A stretch of 64,000 nucleotides of DNA, taken from contig OZ244595.1 of NCBI GenBank assembly GCA_965218235.1, positions 806,561 to 870,560 of the forward strand. Direction: 5' to 3'. A program made the translations under genes and the position numbers. This stretch comes from Thermomicrobiales bacterium. GTDB taxonomy: Bacteria > Chloroflexota > Chloroflexia > Thermomicrobiales > UBA6265. The notes below the pieces were generated by a model, which was not told the origin of the DNA, searched no databases, and worked only from the letters and a program-made list of their open reading frames with translations. This document shows, one piece after another, positions 8,744-16,972 of this stretch (its first letter is position 1; every line of letters starts with the position of its first letter).

Positions 8744-9589
8744 ATGACCGATGGCAGCGATCAGAACCGCGACGCGCTGGTGAACCTCGACCGGGACTAC
8801 GCGGCGAACGAGCTGGCGGTGGCGACCGAGATCCGTGACGGCGAGCTCGTCCTGAGCGGGGTCGTCGATTCGGACGAGAACCGTCAGGCCGCCGTCGATC
8901 TCGCTCAGCCCTACGCCGACGCGCTGGGCCTGCGGCTGAACGAGGGACTGGACGTCGAGGTCGTCGCGCCGGAGAACGCCTTCGAGGACGACGACCGGGC
9001 CGCCCAGGGCTTCGGCGACCTCAACGCCGTCCGCCTGAACGAAGGTGACGACTCGGTCCGGATCGACGCCGGGAATGACGACGACGAGCGGGCTGGCAGC
9101 GACGAGTCCGGTGGCTCTGACGGCGAGCAGGAGCGCGAGGACGTGATCTCGCTCGACGCCAGCTTCGCCGATGACCCTGGCACGACCAACGTCATCGATG
9201 TCGTCGAGGAAGGCGCGACCTACTTCCCGCCGACCGATCCGCCCACTGGCCGGTCCGACGACAACGATGGCTTCACGGTCCTGAGCGGGTTCGCCGACTC
9301 CTCGACCGACACCATCAGCTCCAACGCGGACGAGCCCGAGGACGATAGCCGGCGAGTCCCGACCGACGACGAGCTGGCCGACATCGTCCGGCGCGAGTTG
9401 CGCGAGGACGCCCTGACGACCGACCTCGCGATCCGCGTCAGCGCCCGGGGCAGCACCGTCATCCTGCGCGGTGAGGTCGATACGCTGGAGGACGCCGAGA
9501 ACGCCGAGGCGATCGCCAACGAGGTCCCGTCGGTGGTCGAGGTTCGTGAGGAACTGACGATTCTCGGTATCACCGAGCCGGAGCAGTAA
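8744..9589 (+). CDS. BON domain-containing, highly acidic protein
   Basis: GAGGAG RBS. BON-like segments sit at both ends (IRDGELVLSGVVDSDENRQAAVDLA and VSARGSTVILRGEVDTLEDAENAEAIANEVPSVVEV), separated by a D/E-rich linker. Confidence 0.7.
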   Translation: MTDGSDQNRDALVNLDRDYAANELAVATEIRDGELVLSGVVDSDENRQAAVDLAQPYADALGLRLNEGLDVEVVAPENAFEDDDRAAQGFGDLNAVRLNEGDDSVRIDAGNDDDERAGSDESGGSDGEQEREDVISLDASFADDPGTTNVIDVVEEGATYFPPTDPPTGRSDDNDGFTVLSGFADSSTDTISSNADEPEDDSRRVPTDDELADIVRRELREDALTTDLAIRVSARGSTVILRGEVDTLEDAENAEAIANEVPSVVEVREELTILGITEPEQ

Positions 9590-9923
9590 GGGATGCGGGT
9601 GATCGGCTGGCGCTATCACTGGCCCTGAAGAGGCCGGCTGAACCACGGTGGGTTCGGCGATGGTGGGCCGGTGGGGACGTTCCGAGCGGGCGTTGTTCAC
9701 CGTTTCTGACGGTTCGTGGCCAACGTCGTTCAGCCGGTACGCTGCGCTGCCACTCAGGGCCAGTCTGCGGTCTGGATCAGGTTGGAGCTCCGATGGGACT
9801 GGTCACTGGGTTCGACCGCCGTCGTGCGAGTCGTCGTCGCCAACGGGTGAAACCACCCACGCGGAATGGCGGGCCCCGTGCTACGCTCCAACCATTCACA
9901 CTCGCTGGTGAGTTCGTGGGGGA

Positions 9924-11147
9924 ATGCGTGTCATGGTGCAGGCTCAGGCTCAGGCTCAGGCTCAAGTTCAGGCTGGGACGCGGCAATCGGTTGCGAATCC
10001 GTTCGACGATCTGGCGCTCGACCGGCTCCGGCGCCGGACCAGCGCCAAGTGGCGGATGTACCCGGAGGACGTTCTGCCGCTCTGGGTCGCGGAGATGGAC
10101 GCCACCGTTGCGACGTGCGTCGTCGACGCCGTCCAAGAGGCCCTGCTGATGGGCGACACCGGCTATCCGGCCGGCCACGCCTGCGCCGAAGCGATGGCCG
10201 GCTTCGGCCAGGAGCGCTGGGGCTGGACCTTCGACCCCGAGACGACCGCCAAAGTGACCGACGTCATGACCGGGATCCTCGAGATCGTCCGCGTCACCAG
10301 CGTCGACGGTGAGGCGATCGTCCTGACGCCGCCCGTCTACCCCCCGTTCTACATGATCGCGAAGACACTGGGCCGGCCCGTCGTCGAGGCGCCGCTGACC
10401 AGCGACGACCGGATCGACCCGGAGACGCTCGAGCGTGTCTTCACCGAAGCGACCAGCGGCGGACGGTCAGCGACGCTGATCCTCTCGAACCCGCACAACC
10501 CGACCGGCACTGTCCACACCCGCGAGGAGCTGGAGACGGTCGCCCGGCTGGCCCGGCAGCACGGCGTCCGCGTCATTGCCGACGAGATCCACGCCCCGCT
10601 CCAGATGGCGACCTCGACGTTCGTCCCGTACCTCGACGCCGCCGGGACCGAGCGGGACTTCTCGGTCATGTCGGCCTCGAAAGGCTGGAACCTGGCCGGG
10701 TTCAAGGCGGCGCTCGTCATCCCCGGCGCCGACGGGACGGCGGAGGCGGCGAGCCTGGCGGGTCGGGCCGGGAACCACCCCGGTCACATCGGCCTGATCG
10801 CCCACACCGCAGCGATCACCCATGGTGGCGACTGGCTCGACGCGGCGATCGCCGGGATCGATGCCAACCGGGTAGCGCTGACGGGGATGCTGGCGGAGCA
10901 CCTGCCGGGGACCAGCTACCGGCCGCCGGAGAGTACCTACCTGGCCTGGGTAGACTGCCGGGCGCTTGGCCTCGGCGACGACCCGGCCCAGGTCTTCCTG
11001 GAGCGGGGCCGGGTCGCGCTGAGTTCCGGCGTGCCGTTCGGGCCGGGCGGCGCTGGCCACGTCCGCGTCAACCTCGCGACCTCACAGGCCGTCCTGACCG
11101 AGGCCGTGGCCCGGATGGCGTCCGTCCTTCCCGTTCCCACTGCCTGA
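9924..11147 (+). CDS. PLP-dependent C-S lyase / aminotransferase class I-II (MalY/PatB-like cystathionine beta-lyase)
   Basis: FDDLALDRLRRRTSAKW, PVYPPF, SNPHNPTG and SASKGWNLAG (PLP lysine) motifs. The start is ATG 9924 or ATG 9933. Confidence 0.8.
   Translation: MRVMVQAQAQAQAQVQAGTRQSVANPFDDLALDRLRRRTSAKWRMYPEDVLPLWVAEMDATVATCVVDAVQEALLMGDTGYPAGHACAEAMAGFGQERWGWTFDPETTAKVTDVMTGILEIVRVTSVDGEAIVLTPPVYPPFYMIAKTLGRPVVEAPLTSDDRIDPETLERVFTEATSGGRSATLILSNPHNPTGTVHTREELETVARLARQHGVRVIADEIHAPLQMATSTFVPYLDAAGTERDFSVMSASKGWNLAGFKAALVIPGADGTAEAASLAGRAGNHPGHIGLIAHTAAITHGGDWLDAAIAGIDANRVALTGMLAEHLPGTSYRPPESTYLAWVDCRALGLGDDPAQVFLERGRVALSSGVPFGPGGAGHVRVNLATSQAVLTEAVARMASVLPVPTA
9939..9974 (+). repeat. Hexanucleotide microsatellite (CAGGCT)4-CAAGTT-CAGGCT, encoding (QA)n at the lyase N-terminus
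   Basis: Read directly. In frame within codons 6-17 of the 9924 ORF. Confidence 0.9.
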
Positions 11148-11174
11148 GCCGAACCGATGTGAACCGGAGATGGA

Positions 11175-11206
11175 CCGGGACAGCACCATACCTGGCGCTG
11201 TCCCGG
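11175..11206. terminator. 10-bp stem hairpin between convergent genes
   Basis: CCGGGACAGC (11175-11184), a 12-nt loop, then GCTGTCCCGG (11197-11206), followed by T-rich TTCGTCGTTCGTCT. Confidence 0.5.
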
Positions 11207-11246
11207 TTCGTCGTTCGTCTGGCTGTTCGACATCGGCGCGGCGACG

Positions 11247-11738
11247 CTACCCGCGGATCACGCCCAGCGTTCGCCGGACCTCGCCGAGGTGGTAGGCGCA
11301 GTGAGCAACCATCCCGATTCCGCCCGTAATCGCCTTCGGATGGGTCCAGGTCGCCGGTTGGGCGACAGCGTTCTGGAGCGCGTCATAGGCTGCCTGGAGC
11401 GTGTCCTGGAGTCGCGTCCACTGGTCGTCATCGACCGCGCCGACCTGCCAGCTGCCGTCCCAGTCGACCTTGCCGGGCTGCTCGCCCCGCAGAAACCGGA
11501 GCGTTACGTTGATGTAGAAGGCGGTGTGGTTGACCTCGGCCGCGATGTTGGAGATCCCGTTGGCGGCCGGCTGGGAAGCCTCTTCAGCCGAGACCGTCGC
11601 CAGCGTCTGGAAGAAGGCGTCGCCGGGGTCGAGGAACATGCTCGGGCTGGAAACGCTCTCGAAGCATTCCTTCAGGACTTCCGACAGGCCGTCGGAGAAC
11701 TGGGTCAACGGGACCGTCTGCCGCGCTGTCATCTTCAA
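11247..11738 (-). CDS. DinB family protein
   Basis: TLATVSAEEAS ... NIAAEVNHTAFY ... AHCAYHLGEVRR (four-helix-bundle DinB-type His motifs). Paralog at 19302..19781. Confidence 0.7.
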   Translation of the reverse strand: MKMTARQTVPLTQFSDGLSEVLKECFESVSSPSMFLDPGDAFFQTLATVSAEEASQPAANGISNIAAEVNHTAFYINVTLRFLRGEQPGKVDWDGSWQVGAVDDDQWTRLQDTLQAAYDALQNAVAQPATWTHPKAITGGIGMVAHCAYHLGEVRRTLGVIRG

Positions 11739-12314
11739 TGTCCTTCCTGGTAGCCGGTCCTAGTAGCCGGTTACTCCGGTCCGATGTCCGGCCGCGGAGC
11801 TCAGGGTACCCGTCCATGCGGACAATCGGTGGCCTGATGGATCGCCGGCGGCCATCGACCAGCACCGCTCCCCGCCGTTGATTTGTCGGGAGGTCAACCG
11901 TCCCCACGGTCAAGACCTGGAGCACCGGAGCCGGGTGGAGCTCGAGCGTTCCTTGCCCGAATCCGTGTCCCGGAGCTCATTCCCTGGCTTGGCGCCGGGA
12001 CGTTCGTCGTGCTCCGGGCGATAGGGGCACCCAATGGGCGCCGTGACCGTCGACCTCCGGCCGGTCACCGGCGGAGTCGACTGATTCCGTAGTCCGACTC
12101 CGTAGTTCTACCGATGCGCGCCATGGCCTGCGTCCGGCAGACTGGGCCGGAGCCGGACACGGCGCGCCACCCGTTTGGAATCGACGGGTTGCCGCGGCGG
12201 CGATCGCCAAACGACTGTCCCAACCGTAACTGGCGCAACGTCGTATGCTGATCGCAACCTCCGACAACGCGCCTCGCTACCCGGAACTCCGTCGATCGAT
12301 CAGGAGTCACGTTC

Positions 12315-14390
12315 ATGGACCTCGTGCTGCTCCTCGCCCGTCTGCTCCTTGCCGGCGTCTTCGTCGTCGCTGGAATCGGCAAGCTGGTCGATCTTCCTGG
12401 CTCCCGCAGAGCCGCCGGCGAATTCGGTGTTCCGGATCGATTCGCCCCGGCGTTCAGTTTAGTCCTGCCCACCGCAGAACTCGTCGTCGCGGCCGCGCTG
12501 CTGCCCGTCGCGACGGCCCGATGGGGGGCGCTCGGGGCGCTGGCGCTGCTGCTGGTCTTCATCGGCGGGATCGGCTACCAGCTCGCGCGTGGTCGCACGC
12601 CCGACTGCCACTGCTTCGGCCAGATTCACTCCGCCCCGGCTGGCTGGCCCACGATCGGCCGCAATGCGGGGCTGGCCGCCATCGCGCTGCTCATCGCCGT
12701 GGGCGGGTGGAGCGATCCGGGGTCAAGCACTGTCGCCTGGTTGAGCGACCTGCCGGGAACAGGGATCGCTCTGGTCATCGCCGGACTGCTCGGGGTCGCG
12801 ATCCTGGCCGGGCTCGCCTGGATCGCCGTCAACCTCATCAGCCAGAACGGGCGTCTGCTGCTCCGGATCGAGGCGGTCGAGCAGGCCCTGGCCACCGCCG
12901 GCACGGCGCCAGCGGTGGCGCCGGTCACCGCCGCCGTGGTCAGCCCGAAGACGTTGCCGCTCGGGCTCGCGGTGGGAACGCCGGCCCCGGCGTTCTCACT
13001 GCCTGATCTCGATGGCGCGATGGTCTCGCTGGACACGCTCCGGGCGGGTGGAACACCGGTCCTGCTGCTCTTCACCGATCCGAACTGCGGCCCCTGTAAC
13101 CAGGTCATGCGCGAGGTCGGCCGGTGGGAGCGGGCCCTCGCGGGGCGCCCGGCGATCGCGGTGCTGAGTCGCGGGTCCCATGAGGCAAACGCCGCGAAGC
13201 GAGACGAGCACGGGCTGAGCACCCTGCTCATTCAGCCCAATCGGGATACCGCCGACGCCTACCGCACGCAGGGCACGCCAGCGGCGGTGTTGATCGGGCC
13301 TGACGGGACCATCGGCGCGCCGACCGCCGGCGGCCTGGACGCCGTTCGGGCGCTCGTCGCGAGCCTGATCCGGAACGGCGCCGCGACCTCGCCGGCGTCC
13401 GCCCCGGCCGACTCCTCGTCCAACGCCGCCCTGGCAACCCCGGCGACCCCGGCGGCCCCACTGTCCAACGACGCGCCCGAGTTCCAGCTCTCGGACCTCA
13501 CGGGCCGGCAGGTCTCGCTGAGCGATTTGCGCGCGGCCCGCCTGCCGGTCGTCCTGTACTTCACCGATCCACAGTGCGACCCCTGCGACGTTCTGATGCC
13601 GGACCTCGGCCGCTGGCAGCGGGACCACGGCGATCGCGTCACGGTCGCGCTCGTGAGCCGCGGCACGCCGGAGGCCAACCTGGCCAAAACGGAACGACAC
13701 GGCGTCGCCAACGTCCTGCTGCAGCGGGACATGGAGATCATCGAGGCCTATGGGGTGACTCAGGCCCCGGCCGTCGTCGTCGTCCAGCCGGACGGCACGC
13801 GAGATGGCGCGCCCGCATATGGTGACCTCGCGGTCAGGATGCTGGTCGCGCGGGTGGCTGATGTGCCGGAGATTCGCCCCGAGACCCCTGAGCCGGTTGC
13901 GACGGGACCGATGCTCCGGATCGGCGATCCCGTCCCGTCGATCCAGCTCCCGGCGATCGGGGGCGAACTGGCCGACCTCGCCAACGTCCGTGGCGCCGAG
14001 ACGGTGCTGCTGTTCTGGAGCCCCACCTGCGGCTACTGCCTGCGGATGCTGAATGACCTGAAGGCGTGGGAGGCCCAGCGGCCGGCCGGGTCCCCCCGGC
14101 TCGTGATCGTCTCGACCGGCACGGCCGAGATGACCGCGGCCCACGGCCTTCGCTCGCCGGTCGTGCTCGACCACGGGGTCGGGGTCGGGCGCCGCTTCGG
14201 GACCCACGGCACGCCGGCCGCAATCCGGATCGACGAGCACGGCAACGTCGCCTCGCCGGTCGCTTCGGGCGTGACGGCCGTCCTGGGGATGCTGTGGGCT
14301 GGCGCTCCGGCACCGATCGATCCAGAGCCGACCGCGACGGTAGTGGCGGCCAACGGGCACGGCGCACTGCCAACCGCGTCAAGGAACTAG
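12315..14390 (+). CDS. MauE/DoxX-type membrane domain fused to three tandem TlpA/redoxin-like thioredoxin-fold domains
   Basis: CAGGAG RBS. The N-terminal ~175 aa carry about 5 hydrophobic helices and the CHCFG motif. Three repeats of the pattern P.F.L.D..G..VSL..L.....V.L.F..P.C..C follow, with CxxC at C258-C261 (13086..13097), C421-C424 (13575..13586) and C572-C575 (14028..14039). Confidence 0.8.
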   Translation: MDLVLLLARLLLAGVFVVAGIGKLVDLPGSRRAAGEFGVPDRFAPAFSLVLPTAELVVAAALLPVATARWGALGALALLLVFIGGIGYQLARGRTPDCHCFGQIHSAPAGWPTIGRNAGLAAIALLIAVGGWSDPGSSTVAWLSDLPGTGIALVIAGLLGVAILAGLAWIAVNLISQNGRLLLRIEAVEQALATAGTAPAVAPVTAAVVSPKTLPLGLAVGTPAPAFSLPDLDGAMVSLDTLRAGGTPVLLLFTDPNCGPCNQVMREVGRWERALAGRPAIAVLSRGSHEANAAKRDEHGLSTLLIQPNRDTADAYRTQGTPAAVLIGPDGTIGAPTAGGLDAVRALVASLIRNGAATSPASAPADSSSNAALATPATPAAPLSNDAPEFQLSDLTGRQVSLSDLRAARLPVVLYFTDPQCDPCDVLMPDLGRWQRDHGDRVTVALVSRGTPEANLAKTERHGVANVLLQRDMEIIEAYGVTQAPAVVVVQPDGTRDGAPAYGDLAVRMLVARVADVPEIRPETPEPVATGPMLRIGDPVPSIQLPAIGGELADLANVRGAETVLLFWSPTCGYCLRMLNDLKAWEAQRPAGSPRLVIVSTGTAEMTAAHGLRSPVVLDHGVGVGRRFGTHGTPAAIRIDEHGNVASPVASGVTAVLGMLWAGAPAPIDPEPTATVVAANGHGALPTASRN

Positions 14391-14493
14391 ATGGCCAACT
14401 GTCGTCCCAGACCGGCCCCGGGACCTGATCCGGGCCGGTCTGCCATGCCAGTCACGGTTCTGATGGGCCAGAGACACGCAGGCGACTATCTGA

Positions 14494-14529
14494 CTATTGC
14501 GAGTAGTGCAATTCCGCGATAGATTGCGA
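14494..14529 (+). promoter_or_regulatory. Promoter-like motif CTATTGCGA-N13-GCGATAGATTGCGA (-35 TTGCGA, 17-nt spacer, -10 TAGATT)
   Basis: -35 at 14497-14502 and -10 at 14520-14525. A near-identical copy lies at 16742..16777. It sits 67 nt upstream of ATG 14597. Confidence 0.45.
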
Positions 14530-14596
14530 TTGATGTGATCCGAACCCTTTCGGCGCAGTACGCGCGATCCCATGTCTGAAAGGAATCCCGAACCCG

Positions 14597-15412
14597 ATGG
14601 AAACCGCACGCCGCGACGGCATCGCGCGATCGATCGCTGCCCGCTTCTCTCGCCGGACCGCGGTCCACGCGTCCGGGATCGGTCTCGCCGCCGGGCTCGT
14701 CGCGACATCGCCTTTGAGCGGTTCAGCGCGGGAAGCGACGCCCGACCCGCTCAGCGAGGACGCGACGTTCCTCTTCGTCCAGTCCGCCGCCTCCGGCACC
14801 TTCGCCGCCAACCCATTGGCTGGCACTCCCACCATTGACAGCGTCTCGGTCGGTGGCGGGGCGGACTACCTCCTGACCCTCGAAGGCCACACCGGCAACA
14901 CGATCTACTTCTCCGACCGGCCCGAGCGCATCTTCGGCGAGGCGCCGACCCAGGCCTTCCTGGATGGGCTCGGTTTCCAGCCCGACAACCCGCCCAACGC
15001 CGCGCTGGTCACCAACGACGCCGACGGCAACGAGGACATCCTCGTCGTCGAGCTACTGACGCCGAGCTATGACGCCGACGCCGGATCGATCACCTATGGG
15101 GCCAATATCCTGACCGCCTACGAGGGAAGCGGGCTGGCGCATGTGGCCGGTCGGCAGCGGGACGAGGATCTGGCGCCGACTTTTGGGGAAGCGAGTCTGT
15201 TCATCGACGACTGCCCCGACATCACCAACTGCTACAACGACAGATTGCAGCCGGTCGGTCTGGTGCCTGGCGGACCGATCGGTCTCTGCTGGGTGTGGAG
15301 CGAGGTGAGTTGTCAACCGTGCGACGGCCAGTCGATCCAGTCGCTGAACGACCTCTGCACGCAAACGTATCCGGACGATTGCGTCAATGGATGCGTCGTC
15401 CTGACCGCCTGA
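14597..15412 (+). CDS. TAT-signal secreted protein with an 8-cysteine C-terminal module
   Basis: The N-terminus FSRRTAVHASGIGLAAGLVA resembles a twin-arginine signal. All 8 Cys (206, 212, 231, 239, 242, 254, 262, 266) lie in the last 66 residues (nt ~15212..15409). No family recognised. Confidence 0.65.
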   Translation: METARRDGIARSIAARFSRRTAVHASGIGLAAGLVATSPLSGSAREATPDPLSEDATFLFVQSAASGTFAANPLAGTPTIDSVSVGGGADYLLTLEGHTGNTIYFSDRPERIFGEAPTQAFLDGLGFQPDNPPNAALVTNDADGNEDILVVELLTPSYDADAGSITYGANILTAYEGSGLAHVAGRQRDEDLAPTFGEASLFIDDCPDITNCYNDRLQPVGLVPGGPIGLCWVWSEVSCQPCDGQSIQSLNDLCTQTYPDDCVNGCVVLTA

Positions 15413-15488
15413 CGCCTCGTTCCCAAACGAGCGCTTCACTCGTCCGGCCAGTCATCCAATCCCCCGATCCATCGAAAGGACCAAGTTC

Positions 15489-16532
15489 ATGGGCCGTTCC
15501 CTTGTCGCCATCGCCTGTCTCCTCATGCTCAGTCTCAACGTCTGGTCCGTCCCCACCAGCGCTCAAGAGGCAACGCCCGCCGCAACTCCTGATGGCGCAG
15601 CCTCGCAGGCCACGGACTGCGTCGCCGGGACCGAGGAGCGCAACGCCGAGGTCGCTCGCCAGTGGGAGGCGGTCTGGGGCAATGAGGACGATGCCGCACT
15701 GGAGGCTCTGTCCCAGCCCGATATCACGCATCACGTGACCGATACCGAAGATATCTCCAACGTGGCGGACCTCCGCTCCCGGGTCCGGGCCTTCGCCGCG
15801 GCTTTCTCCGATCACACGCTGACGGTCGATGAGGTCATCGCCGATGGTGACTACGTCGTGGTCCGCTGGACCGCGACTGGCACCCAGACCGGCCCCTTCT
15901 TCGATCTGGAGCCGAGTGGCGTCGAGGCGACCTGGACCGGCATCAACATCTTTCGCTTCGAGTGTGGGCTCGTCGCTGAGAGCTGGAACGAGTTCGACGG
16001 GATCGGGCTCCGGGCGCAGCTGACCGGCGCGGACGACCCGACGGTGGGCGGTCCGGCGACACCGACCGCAGCCGCCACGCCGGCGGCCGACTGTGCCCCG
16101 ACCACGGAGCAGGACGTCGCCGGCGTCGCCACCCGCTGGGCGGATGTCTGGGATTCAGGCGATGTCGATCTCTACGACGAGCTGGCGTCTCCGGACTCCA
16201 TCCATCACTGGGGACTGGGCGATGACACGGCGTCCCTGGACGACTTCAAGGATCGGATCGGCGATTTCTTCACGGCCTTCCCGGACCTGACATCCACCGC
16301 GGAGGAGCCGATCGTCGAGGGCAATCTGGTCGCGATCCGCTGGTCGGAGACCGGAACGCAGACCGGCCCGCTGTTCGGCTTCGCGCCGACCGGCACCGAG
16401 GTCACCTGGACTGGGATCAACATCTTCCGGGTTGAGTGCGGCCAGGTCGTCGAGAGCTGGAGCGAGGCCGACGGGTTCGGGCTCCGCGACCAGCTTGAGG
16501 CCGCCTCCGGCGCCGCGACACCTGCCGCCTGA
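15489..16532 (+). CDS. Secreted protein with two tandem SnoaL-like (predicted ester cyclase / NTF2-like) domains
   Basis: Sec-type signal MGRSLVAIACLLMLSLNVWSVPTSAQ. Two internal repeats of ..RW..VW....D......HH....D....F..R....F.AF.D......VI..GD.V..RW..TGTQTGP.F...PTG.E..WTGINIFR.ECG..VESW.E.D, joined by a Pro/Thr/Ala linker. Confidence 0.75.
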   Translation: MGRSLVAIACLLMLSLNVWSVPTSAQEATPAATPDGAASQATDCVAGTEERNAEVARQWEAVWGNEDDAALEALSQPDITHHVTDTEDISNVADLRSRVRAFAAAFSDHTLTVDEVIADGDYVVVRWTATGTQTGPFFDLEPSGVEATWTGINIFRFECGLVAESWNEFDGIGLRAQLTGADDPTVGGPATPTAAATPAADCAPTTEQDVAGVATRWADVWDSGDVDLYDELASPDSIHHWGLGDDTASLDDFKDRIGDFFTAFPDLTSTAEEPIVEGNLVAIRWSETGTQTGPLFGFAPTGTEVTWTGINIFRVECGQVVESWSEADGFGLRDQLEAASGAATPAA

Positions 16533-16741
16533 TACCGCAAATCGAGGCGTTGGCCTGACGGTGTGCCCATGAGCATCTGGCGCCATGGCTATTCGCGGGA
16601 GGTGACGCGACGGTGCTGCGGCTGCCAGCGGCGTGGCTCCGGCTACGACGGCCGATCTCGCCGTTGCCCACGGCGGCCCGGCGGCCATGAGCCGAGCCTG
16701 AGACGATCTTGCCGAGTGACGGCATGGTAGCGACAATCAGC

Positions 16742-16777
16742 CTATTGCGATCCGTGACGTGCTGCGATAGGTTGCGA
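16742..16777 (+). promoter_or_regulatory. Second copy of the promoter-like motif CTATTGCGA-N13-GCGATAGGTTGCGA (-35 TTGCGA, 17 nt, -10 TAGGTT)
   Basis: -35 at 16745-16750 and -10 at 16768-16773. The downstream TGATGTG..CCG is also shared with the 14494 copy. It sits ~195 nt upstream of ATG 16973. Confidence 0.4.
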
Positions 16778-16972
16778 AATGGACACCAGGAGTGATGTGG
16801 GCCGGTGTTTACATCTCGGCGCCTACGTGACCGGCTCGCGTCAGCGTTCGATTCATGGAGGTGAGCGACGCGTGTCGAGCCGCGCGGGGTAAGAACAGCG
16901 TTCCGCCAACCGGTTGGCTGGGTCCAGTCGTCGTCGGATTCACCATCGCCCGCACAGGAAGGACATTGACCG

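Noticed and set aside
9780-9850. tRNA-like fragment (GGGTTCGACCGCC resembles a T-arm).
   Set aside because: The flanking bases do not form a T-stem. No acceptor stem, D-arm (TAGCTCAG-type) or anticodon arm can be drawn.
12996-14360. 454-aa minus-strand ORF. The same applies to 37654..39228 (524 aa) and 46109..47662 (517 aa).
   Set aside because: Each is antisense to a strongly supported + strand gene (the MauE-Trx fusion; the MFS, MaoC and Gfo genes; the large SBP). All show the same high-GC antisense composition.
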